A program made the translations under genes and the position numbers. This document shows, piece by piece, positions 19,832-27,844 of a stretch of 64,000 nucleotides of DNA (position 1 is the first letter of the stretch; the number at the start of each line of letters is the position of its first letter). Under the pieces are notes generated by a model that was not told where the DNA came from, made no database searches, and saw only the letters and a program-made list of their open reading frames with translations. Where the stretch lies: the NCBI GenBank assembly GCA_965219445.1, contig CBDCNQ010000004.1, positions 896,001 to 960,000 of the forward strand, in the 5' to 3' direction. The stretch is from Longimicrobiales bacterium. Its GTDB lineage: Bacteria > Gemmatimonadota > Gemmatimonadetes > Longimicrobiales > Gaopeijiaceae.

Positions 19832-21490
19832 TCAGGCTTCACCTCCGTTCAAAGCGGCGTCTCGGCCTGCGATGCGACCGAACACGATGCACCGGCCCAG
19901 GCCGTGCTGAGCGAATCCACCCTGCGATTCACCGGAGCAGTAGAGGCCGGGAATGACCTGGCCGTGATAATCCATCACTTGCGTTCTCGCGTTGGTCCGA
20001 AGACCGGTCAGAGAATCGTGGAGGATCGGCGTGGACCAGGCGGCGTAGAATGGGGGTGTCTGGATCTTGTGCCTGGGCTGATCCTTGCCGAAGTCCGAAT
20101 CGCTCCCCGCATCCACGAAGGAATTGTATCTGGCGACCGTTTCCTCGAGTGCAGCCGGCGGCATTGGACCCGACTGGTATTCGTTGTCGATGTTACGGGC
20201 GAGCTCCGCGGGCGTGTCTCCGCTGAAGAAATAACCATCTAGATCAACATTCGGCGGCTTCGGATCCCAGCCCTCCCGCTCCACGGCATCAGCATCAAAG
20301 ATGGCCCAGATCGGACCGCCTCCGTTCCTCTTATTAGTGTCCCCAATGTCCGCGAGGCAAGCAGCGAAGAAGTCAAACCCTCCTTCCAGCTCGTTGTAGA
20401 ATCTCCGGCCGGTCTGATTCACCAGGATCACGTCTTGCCAATCGAGGATCGTGAGTCCCGACGCGCGTGCGCGGCCGAAGATTGGGCTATCAGGCTGCCA
20501 GATGAGGCTGGAATAGCCCCACTTGCACCCTATATGGCGGGTCTTCGACATATAGTTGCCTGACTCGTTGGTCTGATTCGCGGTCGCCCACAGCGCTGCT
20601 CCAATCGCCATCGCGGCAAGTTCCCCGTCACCGCTCTGTCTGGACCAGGGTTCGCCCGCCACCTGATACTCCTCAGTGAGCCTCGGGTCGAACGTCCGGC
20701 GCAATGTGACATTACTCGAGCTCCCTCCCGTGGCGACCAGCACGCCCCTCAGGGCACGGATGTTCACGGTCGTACCCCGGTGCACGGCGGAGACACCCAA
20801 CACCCTGCCGGAGAACTGGTCTTCACGGATGATCTTCGTCATCCGGTGCTCCAAGAGGATCTCGGCGCCCTTGGCTCTCGCACTCTTCTCCAGCGCCCGG
20901 ACCAAGCCCGAGCCGACCCGGGTTACATGGTGCGTGACACGCTCGGAAGCGATCGGCCACTGCACGGTTCGCCCCTGCCTCCTGACCGTCGACGCGCCGC
21001 CCGGACCCGTGAGGTGGTTTTGAAACTCGACTCCGTTTTCCACCAAGAACTCGAAGGCGTCGGCGTTCTCGTCGGCGAAGGCCCGCACCAGGTCCCGGTC
21101 ACTGTAGCGGCTGTCCCGGTGGTCGTGGCGCACCCAGTCCTCATAGACCTTGTCCGCAGAATCCTCGATCCCGAATTTCCGTTGTCTACTGTTACCGCCA
21201 CCGAGGTGCACGTTTCCCCCGCTCGCCAATCCATGGCCGCCGATGTCATAGTTCTCGTCAAGCATGATCACCGACGCCCCGTGATCGAGCGCAGAAACCG
21301 CGGCGGCAAGTCCCGAGGTGCCCGCCCCGATCGTGACGAAGTCGGCCTCCCTATCCCAGACCACCTGCTGTGCGTCCAGCTCTTTGGCGTCGAGGGCACC
21401 CAGCGCGGGAACACCAACACCGATGGCCGCACCCTTCTTTAGGAATTCTCTCCGGTCGAGGGCTGCTTGGCTCTTCTTCTCTTTCCCCAC
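19832..21490 (-). CDS. Tat-exported FAD-dependent oxidoreductase (flavocytochrome c/fumarate reductase/KstD superfamily)
   Basis: DRREFLK signal; IGAGTSGLAAA, VLVATGG, ILVNQTGRRFYNE, IPGLYCSGE, FGRIAG. Confidence 0.9.
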   Translation of the reverse strand: MGKEKKSQAALDRREFLKKGAAIGVGVPALGALDAKELDAQQVVWDREADFVTIGAGTSGLAAAVSALDHGASVIMLDENYDIGGHGLASGGNVHLGGGNSRQRKFGIEDSADKVYEDWVRHDHRDSRYSDRDLVRAFADENADAFEFLVENGVEFQNHLTGPGGASTVRRQGRTVQWPIASERVTHHVTRVGSGLVRALEKSARAKGAEILLEHRMTKIIREDQFSGRVLGVSAVHRGTTVNIRALRGVLVATGGSSSNVTLRRTFDPRLTEEYQVAGEPWSRQSGDGELAAMAIGAALWATANQTNESGNYMSKTRHIGCKWGYSSLIWQPDSPIFGRARASGLTILDWQDVILVNQTGRRFYNELEGGFDFFAACLADIGDTNKRNGGGPIWAIFDADAVEREGWDPKPPNVDLDGYFFSGDTPAELARNIDNEYQSGPMPPAALEETVARYNSFVDAGSDSDFGKDQPRHKIQTPPFYAAWSTPILHDSLTGLRTNARTQVMDYHGQVIPGLYCSGESQGGFAQHGLGRCIVFGRIAGRDAALNGGEA

Positions 21491-21650
21491 GCTGCTATCC
21501 TCCTTTTGCCTCGTGAACTCGATGAGGTCCGAAAGTCTGTGTGTACGTCCAGGATGATCCGGTCGTCAACATACGGTTTCTTACCGGCATCGGCCATCCG
21601 CAGTCGCGCGAGCGACGACCTGGCTGCGCTACAGAAGGCGCGCCTCGGTC

Positions 21651-22571
21651 TCAGCGCTCCAATCCGTAGTGGATCGTAGCCACGAAATTGCGCTCGGCGG
21701 TCTCGTCCTGACCCCACGCCTCGGCCTGGTTCCGGATCGGACGACGGTCCTGAATGCGCTCTAGCGAGTGGCCGTCCTCCATGAGCCCCGCGACCGCGTC
21801 ACGCATCGACTTGAGCGCGTCCCGGTAGCCTCGCAGGTCCTCGCGCGTCGAAAGCGCGCCGTGGCCCGGGATGACCATCGTGGAAGCGTCCATGACAGCG
21901 AGCGCCACGCCGGCCGCGGCGATCATGCCATCGATCGAGCCGCCCGTCGCCGTATCGATGAAGGGGAAGCGGTCCCGGAAGAACGTGTCACCCATGTGGA
22001 CCACGTTCGCGCGCTGGAAGTGCACGATGGCGTCGCCGTCCGTGTGAGCGTTCGACACGTGGAACGCGTGCAGCTCATCACCGTTCAGGTGGAACGTAAC
22101 GTCCTCCGCGAACGTGATGACGGGCAGCGCCCCGTCCGGACGCGCCGGTTCCGGCGCCGGTTCCCTGCCGATGCGCTCCAGCACCTGGTCCATGCCGAGG
22201 CGCTCCCGGACGTTTTCGTGGGCCACGATGAGGGCCCCCGCCCTTCCGAGGTTCTCGTTGCCCCCGGTGTGGTCCCCGTGCCAGTGCGTGTTGAGCACGA
22301 AGCGGACGGGCTCGGACGTAATCGCCCCGATGGCAGCCAGAATCTTGTCGGTCAGTGGCGCGAACTGGTCGTCGATGACGAAGACGCCGTCCTCGCCGAC
22401 GAACACGCCGATGTTACCGCCCTGGCCGAGCAGCATGTACACACCGGAGGCGACCCTCTGCGTCTGGATCTCGACCGCGTCGAAGTTCTGTGGTGAGGCG
22501 AGGCCGGGAGAGGCCAGCACGAACAGGGAAATCAGCGAGAACAGGGTGAAGAAGGGGACGGTGCGGCGCAT
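21651..22571 (-). CDS. Secreted MBL-fold metallo-hydrolase (cyclase-like)
   Basis: NTHWHGDHTGGN, AHTDGD, HMGD, VIPGHG; signal peptide. Confidence 0.92.
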   Translation of the reverse strand: MRRTVPFFTLFSLISLFVLASPGLASPQNFDAVEIQTQRVASGVYMLLGQGGNIGVFVGEDGVFVIDDQFAPLTDKILAAIGAITSEPVRFVLNTHWHGDHTGGNENLGRAGALIVAHENVRERLGMDQVLERIGREPAPEPARPDGALPVITFAEDVTFHLNGDELHAFHVSNAHTDGDAIVHFQRANVVHMGDTFFRDRFPFIDTATGGSIDGMIAAAGVALAVMDASTMVIPGHGALSTREDLRGYRDALKSMRDAVAGLMEDGHSLERIQDRRPIRNQAEAWGQDETAERNFVATIHYGLER

Positions 22572-22686
22572 GGGACGTTTCTCCGTCTAGGGTTCGTGCT
22601 CGGGTCGGTAGCGTAACATGGGATGTCGAGCGGCGGGTGCAAAGCGAGTGAGCCTGGAGCTACGAATACTGTACGTCGACCCCTCC

Positions 22687-23106
22687 TCAGGCGGCCGATC
22701 CGAATCGTGGGACCCCTTCCGCCTCGGCGGCCGCCGCGAGCGCCGCGTCGAGAGTCGCCAGCGGCACTCCCAAGCGCACACCCAGCTCGACGTACGCCGC
22801 ATCGTACGATGTGAGACCGTGCGTCCGCGCGAGGCGTCGGGTCTCCCCAAACGCTCGACCCCGCTCGGCGGGATCCATCGCAAATGGTAGGGACACCAGG
22901 AGGCGCGTGAACTTGGTGACAGTCGCCGAGTCGATCCGACCCTTGCGCTCGGCGACCAGTAAGCCGTTCGACACCTCCAACGTCCACAGCGTTGGTACGA
23001 CCGCTTCCTCGGTCCGCAGAGAGTCGAGAACCCGGAGCGCGTAGTCGCCTCCCTCATCCTCGAAGCACCAGGACAGGGCCACCGACGCGTCGAGCACGAA
23101 GTTCAC
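22687..23106 (-). CDS. vapC: PIN-domain toxin VapC
   Basis: VLDASVALSW, EVSNGL, LTSYDAAY, PLATLD. Confidence 0.92.
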   Translation of the reverse strand: MNFVLDASVALSWCFEDEGGDYALRVLDSLRTEEAVVPTLWTLEVSNGLLVAERKGRIDSATVTKFTRLLVSLPFAMDPAERGRAFGETRRLARTHGLTSYDAAYVELGVRLGVPLATLDAALAAAAEAEGVPRFGSAA

Positions 23107-23345
23107 CGACGCCCCTCGTCGATCAGGTCGTGCACCGTGAGGTCGGGGCCGAGTGTGCGTCCCGGACGTAGAGCCGCGATGCCCGCCACGGCCTCATCGA
23201 CCGTGCACTCGGCCGATCCCGCGGCAGGTATCAGCTGGGCCACCGCGCGACCATGCCGGGTGATCGTGATGCGCTCCCCACGCTCGACCCGGTCCAACAA
23301 CTCCGCCAGATGCGTCTTGACGTGATACGCGCCTACGCTCGTCAC
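23103..23345 (-). CDS. Phd/YefM family antitoxin
   Basis: VGAYHVKTHLAELLDRVERGERITITRHGRAVAQL; GTG start; 4-bp overlap with vapC. Confidence 0.92.
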   Translation of the reverse strand: MTSVGAYHVKTHLAELLDRVERGERITITRHGRAVAQLIPAAGSAECTVDEAVAGIAALRPGRTLGPDLTVHDLIDEGRR

Positions 23346-23367
23346 GCTCGATCCCCCCCAACGACGA

Positions 23368-23388
23368 TAAGACCAGTGTAAGACCAGT
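23368..23388. promoter_or_regulatory. Putative TA operator: direct repeat TAAGACCAGT x2 with 11-bp period
   Basis: taagaccagt at 23368-23377 and 23379-23388, just upstream of the antitoxin start. Confidence 0.55.
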
Positions 23389-23497
23389 CTAGGCTCGGTG
23401 CTCTCCATCGGCAAGGGAGGCGTGCAGCGTCTTTGCTGGGTTCTCCGGCGCAGCGCACCAACCCTGATGATGCTATAGTTACTGGCTGGCACGCTCG

Positions 23498-23671
23498 CTG
23501 ACCGCGCTTTTGGGCTGGGTCGACGAGGGCATCCAGGCAATCCTTCCCAACCGCCTCTACGACATTCGCGACGTCGGCGTCAACGCCCTCGCTGGCCTGA
23601 TGGCGATCGTGGCGAGCGCGGTCCTGGCACGAGCGCGGCAGTGGGACATCTTCCGACGCCGATCCCGTTAG
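23498..23671 (+). pseudogene. 3' remnant of a VanZ-like membrane protein gene
   Basis: Manual translation LTALLGWVDEGIQAILPNRLYDIRDVGVNALAGLMAIVASAVL...*; in-frame TGA at 23468 and no ATG or GTG between it and the motif. Confidence 0.65.
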
Positions 23672-23778
23672 CAGGTGGCGCTCCGACCCGGTCGGCAGGC
23701 CCGTGACAGGAGGGTTAGTCTGCCTGGGAGACTAGGACCCAGACCTTCCGACGATCCCCTGAATGGAGGTGCTCCTAG

Positions 23779-24369
23779 ATGGCCGACGAGCAGATCTTTC
23801 GCCTCATCCTGATCGCTGGATTCGCGATCATCATGCCGGCAGGCATCTACCACCGGGTGAAATCCCAAGCCAACGGCGAAAGCCTCGACCGTCGACAGGA
23901 GGGGCTGTTCGTATTGGCCACACTACGGCCGCTGGGAATCGCATCGATGCTCGGATTGATCACCTACATGATCAACCCTGCCTGGATGGCGTGGTCGGCG
24001 GTATCATTGGCCGCGTGGGTGCGATGGCTGGGTGTGGGCGTGGGTGTGGTGGCGGGCTCGTTGTTGATCTGGACGATGCACACGCTCGGCAAGAACCTGA
24101 CGGACACCGTGGTTACGAGGAGGGACCACGAGCTGATAACCGGCGGACCGTATCGTTTTGTTCGGCATCCGTTCTACTGCGCCTTCATACTCGCTGTCCT
24201 CGCCAACTCGACCGTTTCCGCCAACTGGTTCATCTTGTTGACCGGAATCTCGGCGTGGCTGGTGATCGTCTTCCGCACCAACAGGGAAGAAGAGAACCTG
24301 ATCGCGAGATTCGGCGACGACTACCGCAACTACATGGACCGCACCGGCCGCTTCTTTCCGGGGAAGTGA
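23779..24369 (+). CDS. Isoprenylcysteine carboxylmethyltransferase (ICMT/PEMT) family membrane protein
   Basis: RBS GGAGG; LITGGPYRFVRHPFY, EEENLIARFGDDYRNY..RTGRFFP. Confidence 0.92.
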   Translation: MADEQIFRLILIAGFAIIMPAGIYHRVKSQANGESLDRRQEGLFVLATLRPLGIASMLGLITYMINPAWMAWSAVSLAAWVRWLGVGVGVVAGSLLIWTMHTLGKNLTDTVVTRRDHELITGGPYRFVRHPFYCAFILAVLANSTVSANWFILLTGISAWLVIVFRTNREEENLIARFGDDYRNYMDRTGRFFPGK

Positions 24370-24442
24370 AGCGGCAAAACCCGGACCCTTGAGCAGGTCG
24401 ACGCGCAACCTGGGCCCTCCTAGCTCTCGGCTCCCCCGTGAG

Positions 24443-26342
24443 ATCGGGATAGGGGAGGACCGGCGTTCCCGGTCCTTCCCCTCCCACACCACCAGGCATG
24501 CGGGTCCGCACCTGGCGGTTCGGTGAGTTGAGGTCAGTACGGCGTGAGCCGGGGCACACCCAGCTCGTCGAAGTACGCCCCCGGCAAGGCCGTGTGCAGG
24601 GCGTGGTGCGCAGCCACGTGCCACCAGCTTCGCGCGAACCGAGCAGCTCGCCAGGCGAGGTTCTCGCTCACACCGCGAGCCCTCAACTCCCGGTACGCTG
24701 TCCTTCCTCGTTTCCACTGGCGTAATTGCAATGTACGCAGCCGGCGGTGGATCCATTGGTCCAGGTCTCGGAAACCCCCCGGTGTGTCCGCTAAGCCGAA
24801 GTATGCCTTCCACCCCAGCACGTAGCTCCGTAGCTCTTCCGCCACCTGTTGCAGGCTCCGCCCGCCGCTCCGGCTTGTAATCTGCCGGACTCGCTCTTTG
24901 AACTTCGTCAGGGCCTTCTTGCTGACCCGGCGCTTCACGACCTTCCCTGCCGCTACCCAGAAGCTGTAGCCCAGGAACTGTCGATCCCACACTCGCGCCA
25001 CCGCGCTCTTTTCCTCGTTGACCTGAAGCCGAAGTTTCCCGTACAGGTGCCTCAGCGCCTGCATCACACGTTGTCCTGCCCGCCTCGACCGCACGTATAC
25101 ATTGCAGTCATCGGCGTACCGGACAAACGCGTGTCCGCGTAGCTCCAACTCCTGGTCCACTTCGTCCAGGAGCACGTTCGCCAGCAACGGCGACAACGGT
25201 CCGCCCTGAGGCGTCCCCATGTGCCGCTCCATCACCACCCCGTTCGCCATGACTCCGGCCTGTAGGTAGCGACGGAGGATCCGCAGCATCGCCTTATCCT
25301 CGATCCGCTTTGCCAGCCGCCCCATCAGCACGTCGTGGTTCACCCGGTCGAAAAACTTCTCCAGGTCCACATCCACCACCCATCGTCTCCCCTCCTGGAT
25401 GTAGTGCTGCGCTTCGCGCACCGCATCGTGCGCTCGGCGCCCAGGCCGGAAGCCGTGACTGTGCCGACTGAACGTCGGGTCGAACCTCGGTTGCATCACC
25501 TGCAGGATGGCTTGTTGGATGAACCGGTCCAGCACGGTCGGAATCCCCAACTCCCGGACCCCTCCCCCACTCTTCGGTATCTCCTGCCTTCGTACCGGCT
25601 TCGGTTGGTAGGTCCCCGCCAGCAACCGCTGTCGGATCTCCCCCCAGTGCCTGCGCAAGTACTCTGGCAGCTCCTCCACGTTCATCCCGTCGATGCCCGG
25701 ACTGCCCTTATTCTGCCGCACGCGTTTCAACGCTCCTACGAGGTTGGCACGCCCGACCACCTCCTGCATCAGGAGATGCTCGCTTCCTGAGCGCTCGTCT
25801 CCATGGGCCACCGTTCCGGCTTCGCCACTCCCCTCTACCTTCGGGGCTTCACCCCTATCCTCCAGTGGGAGCCCCAGTTGCCTGGACTCCTGGCGCATGG
25901 CCTTGCCGAGGTCCACGGTCGTCACGCTCTCCTCTCCGTTCGGCCCTTCGTCCGACAAAGCTGGGTCCAAGCGCATCATGCACTTCGTCGGCCTACTATG
26001 GCCTCTGCTGACTTCTCGCTCCGCCGGCAGGCCCAACAGCGCAGTGCCGGCGTCACCCTTTCAGGCGTCAGGCGAGACCTCCCCGGGTAAGAACGATGAC
26101 CTTCCCCGCACAATCGCCGGATCTACGCCGCTTCCCCTTGGTCGCAGGAGCTTCGCGGTCAGTGGTCCGCTCGCCCCGGTCCGCAGCGCCTCGTATCCGG
26201 TTCCTGTTCGTCGACTCACGGGTTCGTTTCACGCTTCGTTCAGCGTACGCCTCACGACGAACGCCTTGCGCTTCCCTTCGGTCCCTGCGACCAGGTTCCG
26301 GGAGGACTTTCACCTCCAAGTCATCGCCCATGCCGGGCCCAC
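24443..26342 (-). mobile_element. Group II intron, bacterial class C (IIC), full length 1900 nt
   Basis: Minus-strand 5' end GTGGGCCCGGCATGGGCG; domain V GAACCGCCAGGTGCGGACCCGCATGCCTGGTGGTGTG; domain VI ending CCTATCCCGAT; RT ORF inside; hairpin immediately upstream. Confidence 0.92.
24534..25925 (-). CDS. ltrA: Group II intron reverse transcriptase/maturase without endonuclease domain (start uncertain; ORF open to 26036)
   Basis: GSPGIDG, RELGIPTVLDR, HGFRPGR, DLEKFFDRVNHD, GTPQGGPLSPLLAN, RYADD, FLGYSF, domain X GWKAYF. Confidence 0.96.
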   Translation of the reverse strand: MTTVDLGKAMRQESRQLGLPLEDRGEAPKVEGSGEAGTVAHGDERSGSEHLLMQEVVGRANLVGALKRVRQNKGSPGIDGMNVEELPEYLRRHWGEIRQRLLAGTYQPKPVRRQEIPKSGGGVRELGIPTVLDRFIQQAILQVMQPRFDPTFSRHSHGFRPGRRAHDAVREAQHYIQEGRRWVVDVDLEKFFDRVNHDVLMGRLAKRIEDKAMLRILRRYLQAGVMANGVVMERHMGTPQGGPLSPLLANVLLDEVDQELELRGHAFVRYADDCNVYVRSRRAGQRVMQALRHLYGKLRLQVNEEKSAVARVWDRQFLGYSFWVAAGKVVKRRVSKKALTKFKERVRQITSRSGGRSLQQVAEELRSYVLGWKAYFGLADTPGGFRDLDQWIHRRLRTLQLRQWKRGRTAYRELRARGVSENLAWRAARFARSWWHVAAHHALHTALPGAYFDELGVPRLTPY

Positions 26343-26352
26343 CACCCGCGAA

Positions 26353-26386
26353 GAGGCCGGGCCAGGGGAGTCCCGGGCCCGGCCTC
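26353..26386 (-). terminator. GC-rich hairpin after the amidohydrolase gene; intron target structure
   Basis: 11-bp perfect stem GAGGCCGGGCC/GGCCCGGCCTC, 10 nt before the intron 5' end; weak U tract. Confidence 0.7.
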
Positions 26387-26431
26387 CGTGTTGCCGCAAC
26401 CGGACTATGTGTACCGCATACCTCGCTTGCT

Positions 26432-27721
26432 TTACTGCGACGCCCCGCCTCTGAAGCGCGCGCCCAGCTCGTCCCGGTCGACCGCCATGCCTCGGAGATA
26501 GACCGCGGAGATCCGCCTCGTATTCGTGATGTCGTCGAGGGGGTTCGCATCCAGGACGACGAAGTCCGCGCTCTTACCCACCGCCACCGAGCCGGCGTCG
26601 TCTATCTCCATCCACTGCGCCGAGCTACTCGTCGCCGCAATGATAACTTCGGCCGGGGTCATTCCGGCCGTCACCATATCCTCCATCTCGAGATGGGGGC
26701 TCCACGGGACGCTCCCGTCCGTGCCGAACGCAACCTTCACTCCTGCTTGGTTTAGCCTCGCCAGGTTGCGGGCCTGGATGCCGAACGCCTCCTGGGCCGC
26801 TGGTCGATCCGTCGACGCCTCCTGCATCTCTTGCAAGTCGTCGGGGGGGACTGTTCCGCTCAGCCAGCCCAGGTCGTCCGCCACCCCCGGATTGGGCAGG
26901 TTCGGAACCAAGACCACGTTGGGGCGCTCGGTCCAGAGCGCGACGAGCTCGTCGTCGACGTCCCGGTCGCGAATGCCGTGGGCGAACCCGTCGATCCCCG
27001 CCCGGAGAAGCCCCTTCGCGTCCTCCAGATCCCATATATGGGCTGTGACGCGGAGACCGTGCCTGTGGGCCTCGTCGATGATCGCGCCGTACAGTGCGGG
27101 GGACAGTTGGTCGTAGCGGCCGAAGCGATCGTCGACCCAGATCTTCACCATATCCACCTCCAGAGCGGCCAGCTCCTGCACGGCGCTCCGCGCTTCCGCC
27201 TCGCTCGTGACCCAGGAAGGGACCTCCGACCGCCCAGGCTCCGGAGAGGTGATCCCGGGTCCCGAAGTGCGTGACCGGGCGCCGTTGGGCACCACCTCGT
27301 CCCGTATCTCGAATGGGACGTCACCGCCGTCCGAGCCCAGGCTCACGACAACGCCGGCCCCGTAGTATGCCATGTGCTGGAGTTGAGCGACCCGATCCTC
27401 ACGTGTGGTCGACAGGTGCATGTGGGCGTTCACGAAAGCCGGCATGACCGTCTTGCCGCTGAGATCGATGCGGGTGGCGCCTCCCGGAATCTGTACATCC
27501 GCCCGCCGCCCGGCCTGCGTTATACTACCGTCCGCGACCACGAACACCGCGTCCTCGATCGGAGCGCTTCCGTCCCCGACGATGAGGCGAGCGCCCTCAT
27601 ACACGGTCGCACCCGCCTCGCTGCCGGCCTGCGAACCGGTACAGCCGGCCATCAGGACGACCAGGGAGAGCAGGGCAGACATCGCGACTACAATGTGCGA
27701 CTCACTCTTGGCTCGGCGCAT
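26432..27721 (-). CDS. Amidohydrolase family lipoprotein
   Basis: Lipobox LMAGC; VMPAFVNAHMH, VKIW, TAH, FAHG, FGTD, GKSADFVVLDANPLDDI. Confidence 0.9.
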   Translation of the reverse strand: MRRAKSESHIVVAMSALLSLVVLMAGCTGSQAGSEAGATVYEGARLIVGDGSAPIEDAVFVVADGSITQAGRRADVQIPGGATRIDLSGKTVMPAFVNAHMHLSTTREDRVAQLQHMAYYGAGVVVSLGSDGGDVPFEIRDEVVPNGARSRTSGPGITSPEPGRSEVPSWVTSEAEARSAVQELAALEVDMVKIWVDDRFGRYDQLSPALYGAIIDEAHRHGLRVTAHIWDLEDAKGLLRAGIDGFAHGIRDRDVDDELVALWTERPNVVLVPNLPNPGVADDLGWLSGTVPPDDLQEMQEASTDRPAAQEAFGIQARNLARLNQAGVKVAFGTDGSVPWSPHLEMEDMVTAGMTPAEVIIAATSSSAQWMEIDDAGSVAVGKSADFVVLDANPLDDITNTRRISAVYLRGMAVDRDELGARFRGGASQ

Positions 27722-27844
27722 AAGAACCTCGCATCGAAAGGTGGCAGTTTCAGCCTAACCCGTATCACGCTCCCGCGGTCCCGGCAAGGTCTCGGCACGG
27801 CGTCTCGCCCCCTATGGGTCAGACCCCCTTCTCCGCCCACCCTT

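Noticed and set aside
24534..26036. Retron, DGR or defence-associated reverse transcriptase
   Set aside because: Has domain X and flanking group II intron RNA domains; no template/variable repeat pair or msr-msd seen
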